Assembly (NCBI RefSeq): GCF_001465295.1 | Contig: NZ_CP011034.1 | Coordinates: 3,060,001-3,092,000 of the forward strand | Direction of reading: 5' to 3' | DNA: 32,000 nt | Source: Pseudoalteromonas translucida KMM 520 | GTDB lineage: Bacteria; Pseudomonadota; Gammaproteobacteria; Enterobacterales; Alteromonadaceae | Shown: one piece after another, positions 1-8,771 of the stretch | Layout of the letters: every line of letters begins with the position of its first letter | How positions within the stretch are numbered: position 1 is the first letter of the stretch | The notes under the pieces: model-generated | The model's database searches: none | Seen by the model: only the letters and a program-made list of their open reading frames with translations | What the model was told of the DNA's origin: nothing | Program-made: the position numbers and the translations under genes

Positions 1-172
1 CTAACTGCGCTAATAAGCCTTGTAAATATAAAGGCGCAATAGTGTCGTTAGTAATGATGATAGGCCGACAATCACCAATGTGATGAACTAGGCGGCCATT
101 ATCTTGAAGTGTAGATTGACCAATATAAATAGGGTAACTTCGCTCGTCTAAATTAACAGATAATTCAAGCAT
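1..172 (-). CDS. aroB: 3-dehydroquinate synthase, 5' end only (first 57 codons; gene runs off the window start)
   Basis: Not in the ORF track because it is under 60 aa. Manual minus-strand translation from the ATG at 172-170 gives MLELSVNLDERSYPIYIGQSTLQDNGRLVHHIGDCRPIIITNDTIAPLYLQGLLAQL. This is collinear with the E. coli AroB N-terminus as I remember it (GERSYPI ... TNETLAPLYL). An AAGGA motif lies about 11 nt upstream. The start is 28 nt downstream of aroK, as in the conserved aroK-aroB operon. Confidence 0.8.
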   Translation of the reverse strand, partial: MLELSVNLDERSYPIYIGQSTLQDNGRLVHHIGDCRPIIITNDTIAPLYLQGLLAQL

Positions 173-200
173 GCTTAGCTATTTCCTTTAATATTAGTAA

Positions 201-719
201 TTAAAAATCCAATTTCTCGATGATTTGGTTAGCAACAACTTTAGCGCTTTGCTCATCAGTGCGTACAACAAAATCAGCCACTTCTTTATATAACGGTTCG
301 CGTTCTTCTGCTAAACGTTCTAATACATCACGAGGTGCTTCTTCTGTTTGCAGTAATGGGCGACGCTTGTCGCGTTGTGTGCGTGCAACTTGTTTTTCAA
401 TCGGTGTCTCTAGGTATACTACAATACCGCGAGCCGAAAGCTTGTTTCTAACTTCTTTACTCATTACTGAACCACCACCGGTTGCAAGTACAATACCCTG
501 CATTTCGGTTAGATCGCCAATAACAGATTCTTCACGAAGTCTAAAGCCTTCTTCACCTTCAAGATCAAACACCCAGGCAATATCTGCACCGGTACGGCGT
601 TCGATTTCTTGATCAGAATCAACAAATTCAAGGTGTAATTGGTCAGCGATGTGACGACCAATCGTACTTTTGCCAGCCCCCATGGGGCCAACTAGAAATA
701 TATTACGTTTCTCAGCCAT
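201..719 (-). CDS. aroK: shikimate kinase I
   Basis: 172-aa ORF. The N-terminus [22 protein letters not shown] carries a Walker A motif, and the whole length is collinear with E. coli AroK (from memory). It is followed by aroB. Confidence 0.95.
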   Translation of the reverse strand: MAEKRNIFLVGPMGAGKSTIGRHIADQLHLEFVDSDQEIERRTGADIAWVFDLEGEEGFRLREESVIGDLTEMQGIVLATGGGSVMSKEVRNKLSARGIVVYLETPIEKQVARTQRDKRRPLLQTEEAPRDVLERLAEEREPLYKEVADFVVRTDEQSAKVVANQIIEKLDF

Positions 720-1103
720 ATCTTTTAGTACAAACGAACTCTAAAATTTGAAATAAAACCCCGCCTAACGACCTGGCCCCAAAATTAAGGAGAGGATTAT
801 CTCAGTAATCGGTTGGGTATTTCAAGTCAATTAGCATAAAAAGCCATATAACGAGCAATTAATCTAAATAATCATCCATTAGTTAACAAAACATTAGCTT
901 ATTTTAGGGAGTATTTATTTTTCATGGTTAAAATTTGTGCAATCCAAAGTTGTATTTATCAAATTACTGATAACTTTACTACGTAATGCTATGTAAAACT
1001 CACACAGTAAAGCGCAAAATAACACTAGAGTGCACCCGAAGGGCAGCGCATGTTGGTTTTATGCTGCTATCGCATATTTTGGGAAGTAACCACACTGCAT
1101 ATT

Positions 1104-1127
1104 CTCTACTTAGTAAACTAAGTAGAG
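1104..1127. repeat. perfect 24-bp palindrome (11-bp arms, CTCTACTTAGT aa ACTAAGTAGAG) 35 nt downstream of the pilQ stop
   Basis: Read directly from the sequence. It could form a hairpin at the end of the pil transcript, but there is no U-tract after it on the minus strand, so it is not a canonical intrinsic terminator. It may instead be a protein-binding palindrome. Confidence 0.6.
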
Positions 1128-1161
1128 TGCTGCAAAATCAATATCAAAATATAATCACGTC

Positions 1162-3255
1162 CTAATCAACTTGTATCTTAGGAGTGACGAAAATCAGTAG
1201 TTCACGCTTTTCGTTAAACTCACTGGTACTTTTAAACAGTCTTCCAATATATGGAATGTCGCCCAATAAAGGAACTTTTTTGGTCGAATTAATAATTTGC
1301 TGTTGAAAAATACCACCCAAAACAACTGTTTGGCCATTTTCTACTAGTACCTGCGTTTCAATTTGTTGCGTATCAATTGCAACTGCAGGCCCTGTTCCGG
1401 TCTGTACTGTATCACCTCGGGTATCTTGAGTGATAATTAAATTCAAAATAACTTTGTTATCAGGTGTTATATGCGGTGTTACTTCTAAGCTAAGCACTGC
1501 TTTTTTAAAGCTTACTGTTGTCGCACCACTCGAGGCAGACTCAACATAAGGTATTTCGGTACCTTGTTCAATCCGCGCCTTTTGCTGGTTAGCCGCAGTA
1601 ATTCGCGGACTAGCAATAATTTCACCTTTATTTTCTTCTTCAAGCGCAGTTAGCTCTAAATCAATTAACGTACCATTAGCTAGTTTAGCAATATGCATAC
1701 CTATGCTAGCTGAAGGATTAGCAACCGGCAGGTTTACATTTAATCTATCAGACAAGCTTGGAATATTTCCGTTAGAGATGTTTTCAGCCCCCTCTAGGGT
1801 ACCTGAAATACCATCGGTTCCTTGCTGATCACTAAAGCCCCAACGTACCCCTAAATCTTCTGTTACGTTGTCGCGTACGGTAACCATGCGCGCTTCAATT
1901 ACAACCTGCTTTACGGGTATATCTAGCGTTTCGACCATACGGCGTACGCTTTCGATACTTTTTGCCGTATCTTTCATTAATAATGTATTGGTACGCTGAT
2001 CAACCGACACACTCCCTCTTGGAGTTATAATGCTGTTAGTGTCCGTTTTTAGTAAGTCTGCAAAATCTTCGGCCTTTGCATAATTTAAGCGAATGTACTC
2101 GCTGTACAAAGGCTCTAAATCTTCTACTTGTTGCTTTGCTTTTAAATCTTTTGCTTCACGTGCTGCAAGCTCTTCTGATGGGGCTACCATTAAAATAGAG
2201 CCATCCATACGCTTATCAAGGCCTTTTATTCTGAGTACCACATCAAGCGCTTGATCCCACGGCACGCCATCTAAACGCAGTGTTATATTCCCCGTTACAG
2301 AATCACTGGTTACCAAGTTAAAGTCGTTGTAGCCGGCTATAATTTGCAACACTGCACGTACCGAAATGTCTTGAAAGTTCAGGGTCATTGGTCGACCTTG
2401 ATATTCTTTACCACCATCAAGGTAAGCATTTTGGGTTTCGTCTTTTTCAACATTTAAGGTGAAAATGTTATCTATTTGCTGATAAGTAAACGTAAATGCT
2501 GCGTTTGGCTCAATAACAATTCTGCTTAGGTTATCTTCTTTAAACGTTTCTATATTGCTAACAATAGTACCAAAATCAAGTACATCTAATTCATATAATA
2601 AATCATCTAAAATATCAGTATGATGAAACTCAGCAATAATTTTACCGCCACTTTCATGCACTTCTATTGCGGCTTGAGTATCTTGCAAAAATACCAATAC
2701 TTTAGCTTCGCCCTTTTCACCACGGCGAAAATCAATAGATTGAATACGATTAATGTAGCTACCACCAATGCTATCTGCAGCATCTTCAGTCGTTAGCGCT
2801 TGCTCGGTTAATGGATTATCAGAGATACGCAGCGAGACCAAGTTATTATTAACCTGGGTTTCATAAATTTTCAAACGCTCAAGATGTACCGTTACTTTTA
2901 AACCGTTACTTGTCATTACGCTGGTTACATTATTTATTCCAGCCAAATTAACAGCAACATCGGCTAACCCTTGCTCTAACTGTGCATTGGTAAAAAGCAT
3001 TTCTATACGTGCTGGGCTATTGAACACTTGAATACTTGGTTGCAGGGTTAATTCTTCATCAAATACCAGCTGTAGTTCGGTTTCGCCTTTTAATAATGGA
3101 TTATAGCGTACGTCATAAAGTAGCGGCTCAGCTACTGCAGTTTTGGCTATCAATAGTGCTAAAATCACTAATAAAGCTGACAATACACGATGAAGCGAAC
3201 CTACATCCTTATACATATTTGTATGACCTTTTTTGTTATTAATTTGCGCCATCAA
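1162..3255 (-). CDS. pilQ: type IV pilus secretin PilQ
   Basis: 697-aa ORF with a C-terminal secretin domain (VPLLGDIPYIGRLFKS ... ELLIFVTPKI). It has two N-terminal AMIN-like repeats and a signal-peptide-like segment (LSALLVILALLIAKTAVA). It is the last gene of pilMNOPQ. The ORF-track start at 3255 overlaps pilP by 17 nt. The ATG at 3216 (MYKDVGSL...) is an equally plausible start. Confidence 0.93.
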   Translation of the reverse strand: MMAQINNKKGHTNMYKDVGSLHRVLSALLVILALLIAKTAVAEPLLYDVRYNPLLKGETELQLVFDEELTLQPSIQVFNSPARIEMLFTNAQLEQGLADVAVNLAGINNVTSVMTSNGLKVTVHLERLKIYETQVNNNLVSLRISDNPLTEQALTTEDAADSIGGSYINRIQSIDFRRGEKGEAKVLVFLQDTQAAIEVHESGGKIIAEFHHTDILDDLLYELDVLDFGTIVSNIETFKEDNLSRIVIEPNAAFTFTYQQIDNIFTLNVEKDETQNAYLDGGKEYQGRPMTLNFQDISVRAVLQIIAGYNDFNLVTSDSVTGNITLRLDGVPWDQALDVVLRIKGLDKRMDGSILMVAPSEELAAREAKDLKAKQQVEDLEPLYSEYIRLNYAKAEDFADLLKTDTNSIITPRGSVSVDQRTNTLLMKDTAKSIESVRRMVETLDIPVKQVVIEARMVTVRDNVTEDLGVRWGFSDQQGTDGISGTLEGAENISNGNIPSLSDRLNVNLPVANPSASIGMHIAKLANGTLIDLELTALEEENKGEIIASPRITAANQQKARIEQGTEIPYVESASSGATTVSFKKAVLSLEVTPHITPDNKVILNLIITQDTRGDTVQTGTGPAVAIDTQQIETQVLVENGQTVVLGGIFQQQIINSTKKVPLLGDIPYIGRLFKSTSEFNEKRELLIFVTPKIQVD

Positions 3256-3775
3256 TTGTCGCCTCTAACATTTCTAATTTAGTCTGACGCTCTTTCCAAC
3301 AGCCAGACCCATCAGGGATTAATTCTATTAACTCAATATAGTCACTACTCACTTTTTTTACTTTTCCGTCGTAAGTGCCCAAGTAACTCCCTACGGTTAC
3401 TCTATGCAGCGTTGCATCAGCAGCGGTAATAAGTGCCCATGTTTGGCTATTAGAACCTAGTGTGCCTTTCATCGCTAGGTTATCTAGCGGATATTTTTCT
3501 AATGGCTGGCGAACTCTATCTGGATCTGGGTGCAAACAGTTTTTAATTTGCGTTAACTTATTTTGTATAATTTCAGGTTGTGGAGCTACAAATGGGCTAC
3601 GTAATTGACCCGCATTGTATTCAAAATACTCAAACTGAATGAGCTCTGGTATTTTTTCAACTCTGGGGGTTGTACTTGCTTTTACCTGATCAATAAATTC
3701 TTTTTGTTCAGAAGTGTCACTATTACAGCCACTCAATAACATTGTAAAAATAGCCACTAAAGGGAGTTTATTCAT
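3239..3775 (-). CDS. pilP: type IV pilus assembly lipoprotein PilP
   Basis: 178 aa with a lipoprotein signal and lipobox (MLLSGC). The C-terminal region (LEKYPLDNLAMKGTL ... IELIELIPDGSGCWKERQ) is collinear with Pseudomonas PilP. Its start overlaps the pilO stop as TAATG. Confidence 0.88.
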   Translation of the reverse strand: MNKLPLVAIFTMLLSGCNSDTSEQKEFIDQVKASTTPRVEKIPELIQFEYFEYNAGQLRSPFVAPQPEIIQNKLTQIKNCLHPDPDRVRQPLEKYPLDNLAMKGTLGSNSQTWALITAADATLHRVTVGSYLGTYDGKVKKVSSDYIELIELIPDGSGCWKERQTKLEMLEATIDGAN

Positions 3776-4392
3776 TATTTAGTCCCCTCTTCGTAGCGAT
3801 ATGTTTTTGCAACCACACTAAATGTTAACTGCTTTTCTCCTGATGATAAAATAGAAAAGTCATGTAAACTAACAATTCGCGGTAATTGAGCCACTTTACC
3901 TACAAACTGACCAAATTCATGATAAGTCCCCACCACTTCTATTTTTATTGGCAGCTCGGTATAAAATTCTTTTTCAACTTCAGGCAACCAACCAATTTTT
4001 AAAAAGGTTAAGCCACTGGTAGTGCCCACATAAGATAGGTCATCTAACAAGCCTGGGGTTTCATTAGAGGTTGGTAGGCGCTTTAATAGCTGAGAAAACT
4101 TATCTTCCATTTCAATCATTTGCAGACGATAAATATCCAGTTTACTGGCTACCGCATATTTGGTGCGATAAGTAGTGCGCAGCTCCACTTCTTTGGCTAC
4201 CGCATTGTGATAACTGTCTATTTCATCTGAAACTAATAAGCTATAGCTAAAAAACAACACTAAACCCGCGATAAAAGCACCACAAATAACTTTAACAACA
4301 ACCGGCCATTCACCGATGTTATCAAGTTCTATTTCATTCCAATCTATATCTTTAAATGCTTTTAAATCAAGGTTCATCATGTACCTCGCCAA
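3775..4392 (-). CDS. pilO: type IV pilus assembly protein PilO
   Basis: 205 aa with a single N-terminal TM segment. The motif FYTELPIKIEVVGTYHEFGQFVGKVAQLPRIVSLHD matches the conserved PilO core. It overlaps the 3' end of pilN; alternative ATG starts lie at 4380 and 4377. Confidence 0.88.
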   Translation of the reverse strand: MARYMMNLDLKAFKDIDWNEIELDNIGEWPVVVKVICGAFIAGLVLFFSYSLLVSDEIDSYHNAVAKEVELRTTYRTKYAVASKLDIYRLQMIEMEDKFSQLLKRLPTSNETPGLLDDLSYVGTTSGLTFLKIGWLPEVEKEFYTELPIKIEVVGTYHEFGQFVGKVAQLPRIVSLHDFSILSSGEKQLTFSVVAKTYRYEEGTK

Positions 4393-4939
4393 TTTTATCG
4401 AATGGTTTTACATAAAATTCCATATTAAAATCACTCAACAAACGCGAAGATTTATCGCCAGCAACAATGCCTTGCATTACTGGGCGCTCTAATAAATAAG
4501 AACTTTGCACTTCACGTAACAAGGTTGAAAGGCGATTATTTGATTCGCTTTTTCCAAGTACATGTATTTGATTACCGCGACGCTCTAGCTTAGTTAAATA
4601 AACCCCTGCAGGAACTATTTTTGCGACTTCATCCATAATTTGCGTGCCTAAATTACGACTCTTTTGCAAATTTTCAATTAAGCGCATACGCTGCTGCAGG
4701 TTTTCTTTTCTCTTATCTAGCTCTCTAATCTCTCTTATTTCTTTATCTAGCATACTTATTTCTGCACTAAGATAATTGTTTTTTAGATTTTGCCCCTCTT
4801 TTAAAGCGCCATAAAATGAGCTCAATAAATACATACTCAAAAAACATAAAACAACAACTGCAATTAATAAAGTAATAAACTTCTTTTTTGAGTCTTCACG
4901 CTGTAATTCACGCCAAGGCAGTAAATTTATATGTGGCAT
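4367..4939 (-). CDS. pilN: type IV pilus assembly protein PilN
   Basis: 190 aa with the canonical PilN N-terminus MPHINLLPWRE, followed by a TM segment and a coiled coil. It overlaps pilM by 13 nt. Confidence 0.9.
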   Translation of the reverse strand: MPHINLLPWRELQREDSKKKFITLLIAVVVLCFLSMYLLSSFYGALKEGQNLKNNYLSAEISMLDKEIREIRELDKRKENLQQRMRLIENLQKSRNLGTQIMDEVAKIVPAGVYLTKLERRGNQIHVLGKSESNNRLSTLLREVQSSYLLERPVMQGIVAGDKSSRLLSDFNMEFYVKPFDKIGEVHDEP

Positions 4940-6006
4940 GATGAAAAGCTCCTCAAAGCGAGTCCGGTTGCAATAGCAAATTGCGTGCGATGACGTTGTA
5001 ATACATTACGGTCAACTCTAGGAGATATTTCCATATTTACAAATGGCTCAGCTACAATTGTGTGTATACCTAACTCTTCGACTAATAAGCGCTCAAAACC
5101 GCTAATCATAGCTGTACCACCGGTTAATACAATATAATCTAGTTGATCTTTACCCGTGGTGGTTAAAAACATTTGCACCGCTCGGCGCACTTGCTGTAGC
5201 AAGGCCGTTTGAAATGGCGCAAGTACTTCAAAGGTATAATTTGGTGGCAAGTCGCCGGTTGCTTTACCAATTTCAGCTTCATCAAAGCCTTTATTATAAT
5301 AGGCAACAATACTATTAGTGTATTGATCGCCACCAAACACTTGGTCGCGGGTATAAATTGTATCGCCCGCCTGCACTACACTTACTAGTGTTAATACCGC
5401 GCCAATATCAACAATAGCCACGCACTTATTAAATGCGTCACTTGGTAACTGTTGATAGTAAACATCCATTGCACGGCTTAATGCGTAGCTTTCTACGTCA
5501 ACCACTTTAGCAACTAAATTCGCAGCTTCTAATGCACCAACACGTGCTTCAACGCTTTCAGTACGCGCAGCCGAAAGCAATACATTCATTTTGCTAGGAT
5601 CGGCGGCATTGGTTGATAGCTTTTCAAAATCAAGATTAACTTCATCTAATGGATAAGGGATTAAGCTGTCTGCTTCAATTTCAATTTGCGATTCTAATTC
5701 AGCGTCACTTAAGGTGACATCCATGAAAATCACCTTGGTGATCACGGTCTGGCCTGAAACAGCTACCGCGGCTTCTTTTAGTGATTTAGGTAATTTTCGT
5801 TTTAATTTAGTTATTACATTACCAATTGCTTCAATATCTTGAATAGTACGCTCACTCATGGCGCCTTTTGGCATAGGTTCAATTGCAAGTGCTTCTAATC
5901 GAAGCCCAGTGTCTGTTTCACTTAACAGTACAGCTTTGATAGAGTGCGATCCTATATCAATGCCTACCATCATCGACGATGGCTTTTTAAATAGTTGACT
6001 TAGCAT
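4927..6006 (-). CDS. pilM: type IV pilus assembly ATPase-like (actin fold) protein PilM
   Basis: 359 aa. The N-terminus (KKPSSMMVGIDIGSHSIKAVLL) and the actin/FtsA-like fold motifs (IVDIGA, VLTGGTA) match PilM. It is the first gene of the operon and is divergent from mrcA. Confidence 0.93.
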   Translation of the reverse strand: MLSQLFKKPSSMMVGIDIGSHSIKAVLLSETDTGLRLEALAIEPMPKGAMSERTIQDIEAIGNVITKLKRKLPKSLKEAAVAVSGQTVITKVIFMDVTLSDAELESQIEIEADSLIPYPLDEVNLDFEKLSTNAADPSKMNVLLSAARTESVEARVGALEAANLVAKVVDVESYALSRAMDVYYQQLPSDAFNKCVAIVDIGAVLTLVSVVQAGDTIYTRDQVFGGDQYTNSIVAYYNKGFDEAEIGKATGDLPPNYTFEVLAPFQTALLQQVRRAVQMFLTTTGKDQLDYIVLTGGTAMISGFERLLVEELGIHTIVAEPFVNMEISPRVDRNVLQRHRTQFAIATGLALRSFSSCHI

Positions 6007-6137
6007 GTTTGCAACTTTGCCTTTGTTTTAATAATAAACAAGTTATAATTCTTATCTGAAAAAATACTATTCATTTTTTAATCAATATATACTAGCAGCC
6101 TCAACTTGTAATTGGGAGTCCATTTAGGGAAATATCA

Positions 6138-8648
6138 GTGATTTTATTAAAAAGAACTTTACAATTTTTTATCATTTGCACATTAATTGGACTGTTCACT
6201 TTGTTCAGCCTTTATTATTACGTTAAACCTGATATCCCCAGTGTGCAAGTTTTAAAAGACGTGCAATTACAAACTCCTATGCAAGTATTCACTAAAGATG
6301 GTCTGTTGATCAATCAATTTGGTGAAAAACGACGAATTCCGGTCACAATAGAGCAAATACCACAATCTCTCATTAATGCATTTTTAGCCACCGAAGACAG
6401 CCGTTTTTATGATCACCTTGGTATTGACCCCATAGGTATAGTCCGCTCTGCACTTGTACTTATATCTACCGGAGAGAAAAAACAAGGCGCTAGTACTATT
6501 ACTATGCAGCTAGCACGTAACTTTTTCTTAACCCGCGAAAAAGCCTACATTCGTAAAGTAAAAGAAATTTTTATCGCGGTACATATTGAAAACCTATTAA
6601 GCAAAAACGAAATTCTTGAGCTGTATTTAAATAAAATTGAATTAGGTAATAGGGCGTTTGGTATTGGTGCAGCGGCGCAAGTTTATTACGGTAAAGAACT
6701 AAAAGACTTAACCCTTGCGCAAATGGCAATGATTGCTGGCCTGCCAAAAGCACCTTCAGCGCTTAACCCTATTCGCAACCCAGTGCGTGCTAAAGCGCGT
6801 CGTAATGTCGTACTTGGTAGAATGTTGTCTGAACGCTATATAACTCAAAGCGAATATGAAGAGACTATTAACCAACCTATAACGGCCTTTTTTCATGGCG
6901 CTGAAATAGATTTATACGCACCTTATATATCTGAAATGGTGCGCGCAGAAATGGTTGCTAAATACGGTATTGATAAAGCGTATAACTCTGGCTTTAAAAT
7001 ATTTACCTCGGTAGAGTCCCACGTTCAACAAGCTGCGCAAACGGCTTTAGTAAATAACTTACACAGTTACGACATGCGCCACGGCTTTAGAGGCCCAGAG
7101 CGTTTATTATGGGATGCACAAACACAACCAGCATTAAGCCAAGCGCAAATTCTTAGCCAGCTAAAAGATGTAAAACAGCTTGGCGACTTACAAGCCGCAG
7201 TGGTATTGGCGGTTAACGAAAAAACAGCCGACGTTTTACTAAAAAATGGTGAGCTGGCAACACTTACATGGGATAACTTAAAGTGGGCACGTAAATACAT
7301 TACGCGTTACCGCCAAAGTTTTGCTCCTAAAGCTGCAACTGAAATATTAGTTCCAGGTGCACAAATATGGCTACGTAAAAATGACGATAATAAGTATTTA
7401 TTGAGTCAAATTCCTGAAGCCTCTAGTGCTATTGTGTCTTTAGACCCTCAAGATGGCCGTATAAAAGCAATTGTTGGTGGTTATAGTTTTGAGCAAAGCC
7501 AGTACAACCGTGCAGTGCAAGCTAAACGCCAAGTAGGCTCAAACATTAAACCCTTTATTTACTCTGCAGCACTGGAAAAAGGCTACACTTTGGCATCAAT
7601 TTTAAACGATGCCCCCATTAATCAATGGGATAAAAGCCAAGGTATTGCATGGCGTCCAAAAAACAGCCCTGCCGTTTATAATGGCCCTATTCGTATTCGC
7701 CGCGCCTTAGCGCAATCTAAAAACGTTATTTCGGTACGCCTTCTGCGTGGTGTAGGCTTACAACGCACTGCCGATCATTTACTCAAATTTGGTTTTGATA
7801 ATAAAGACATTAATCGCAGTGAATCTTTAGCACTTGGTAGTGCTTCAATTTCTCCATTAGAACTTGCTCGTGGTATGAGCGCGTTCGCTAATGGCGGGCA
7901 TTTAATAGAACCGTATTTTATATCTGAAATTCAAGATGCCTTTGGTACCGTGTTATTTAAAGCAAACCCAGCTCTAGCCTGCGATGACAACCCCCAGCCC
8001 CTCGCTGTTACAAATAACAGCAGCCTAGCGATAGAAAACATTGAGCAGGGCGAAAAAGCGCAGCAAACAGTACAATGCGCCCCGCGTATTATTTCTAAAC
8101 AAAATGCATTTTTAATTGCAGATGCTATGAACAGTGCCATTTGGGGCGGCGGAAGCTGGAGCAATAAAACAGGCTGGACGGGAACTGCATGGCGAGCACA
8201 GCGTTTAGGGCGTCGTGATTTATCGGGTAAAACAGGTACCACAAACGATTCTGTTGACACTTGGTTTAGTGGTTTTAACCGCAATGTACTCACTTCAGTA
8301 TGGGTTGGCTTTGACAATCCGGGCAATACTCTAGGTCGTTCTGCATATAACAACAACCTTGATAGTGGTCAAATAACAGGGGCTGAATCGGGCGCAAAAA
8401 CAGCTCAACCGGCATGGAATGAATTTATGAGGGCAGCTCTTGATGGGCAACCAGAAGCGCCAATTGAACCACCTGAAGGATTAGTGTCTATTCGTATTGA
8501 TTTAGCGACTGGCTTATTAAGCCACAAAAATGATTATACTAGCCGCTTTGAATACTTTGAAAAAGGCACTACCCCAACTAGTTATGTGCTTTCGCAGCCA
8601 AGCGATATTTTTGAAGAAAACACCAAAACAGAAGAAGAGCTATTTTAA
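6138..8648 (+). CDS. mrcA: penicillin-binding protein 1A (bifunctional glycosyltransferase/transpeptidase)
   Basis: 836 aa with a GTG start. It has an N-terminal TM segment and GT51 motifs (ATEDSRFYDH, GASTITMQLARN, RKVKE, KNEILELYLN). The transpeptidase motifs are also present (SNIKP, SKN, KTGTTND). It is collinear with E. coli PBP1A, and the divergent pilM/ponA arrangement is the classical one. Confidence 0.95.
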   Translation: MILLKRTLQFFIICTLIGLFTLFSLYYYVKPDIPSVQVLKDVQLQTPMQVFTKDGLLINQFGEKRRIPVTIEQIPQSLINAFLATEDSRFYDHLGIDPIGIVRSALVLISTGEKKQGASTITMQLARNFFLTREKAYIRKVKEIFIAVHIENLLSKNEILELYLNKIELGNRAFGIGAAAQVYYGKELKDLTLAQMAMIAGLPKAPSALNPIRNPVRAKARRNVVLGRMLSERYITQSEYEETINQPITAFFHGAEIDLYAPYISEMVRAEMVAKYGIDKAYNSGFKIFTSVESHVQQAAQTALVNNLHSYDMRHGFRGPERLLWDAQTQPALSQAQILSQLKDVKQLGDLQAAVVLAVNEKTADVLLKNGELATLTWDNLKWARKYITRYRQSFAPKAATEILVPGAQIWLRKNDDNKYLLSQIPEASSAIVSLDPQDGRIKAIVGGYSFEQSQYNRAVQAKRQVGSNIKPFIYSAALEKGYTLASILNDAPINQWDKSQGIAWRPKNSPAVYNGPIRIRRALAQSKNVISVRLLRGVGLQRTADHLLKFGFDNKDINRSESLALGSASISPLELARGMSAFANGGHLIEPYFISEIQDAFGTVLFKANPALACDDNPQPLAVTNNSSLAIENIEQGEKAQQTVQCAPRIISKQNAFLIADAMNSAIWGGGSWSNKTGWTGTAWRAQRLGRRDLSGKTGTTNDSVDTWFSGFNRNVLTSVWVGFDNPGNTLGRSAYNNNLDSGQITGAESGAKTAQPAWNEFMRAALDGQPEAPIEPPEGLVSIRIDLATGLLSHKNDYTSRFEYFEKGTTPTSYVLSQPSDIFEENTKTEEELF

Positions 8649-8716
8649 CCATAAGCGCATACTCATTAGCTAAATGACTAAATAACCAGAGCTCAGGTTA
8701 AATAGTTAATTACGCT

Positions 8717-8757
8717 AAAAAAACGGCAACCTCTTTAGGTTGCCGTTTTTGTTTTGT
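8717..8757. terminator. bidirectional intrinsic terminator between convergent mrcA and metL
   Basis: The sequence is AAAAAAACGGCAACC tcttt AGGTTGCCGTTTTTGTTTTG. This gives a GC-rich stem of about 10 bp, flanked by an A-run on one side and a T-run on the other. Confidence 0.85.
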
Positions 8758-8771
8758 TTACGAACCATTTA

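Noticed and set aside
220-612. A 130-aa + strand ORF antisense to aroK. Similar antisense ORFs occur inside conserved genes at 3036-3242, 6571-6753, 7067-7300, 7931-8356, 9034-9423, 9688-9900, 10373-10582, 10540-10899, 11196-11534, 11670-12050, 12178-12399 and 13681-13908. More occur at 15868-16230, 16273-16851, 16965-17174, 17875-18141, 18163-18537, 18636-18839, 19185-19924, 24397-24732, 25078-25275, 26043-26587, 27595-27867, 29256-29691, 29636-30031 and 30716-30916. The same-strand ORF at 509-691 is also in this group.
   Set aside because: Each lies wholly or largely inside a strongly conserved gene; nearly all are on the opposite strand, and 509-691 and 10373-10582 are same-strand alternative frames. 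They have Ser/Arg/Cys/Leu-rich compositions typical of non-coding frames. None has a Shine-Dalgarno or a recognisable motif. I treat them as shadow ORFs.
987-1165. A 58-codon + strand ORF in the pilQ-aroK spacer (MLCKTHTVKRKITLECTRRAAHVGF...).
   Set aside because: It has no Shine-Dalgarno, it runs through the palindrome and into the pilQ stop region, its composition is unremarkable, and it has no motif. It is most likely a chance ORF.
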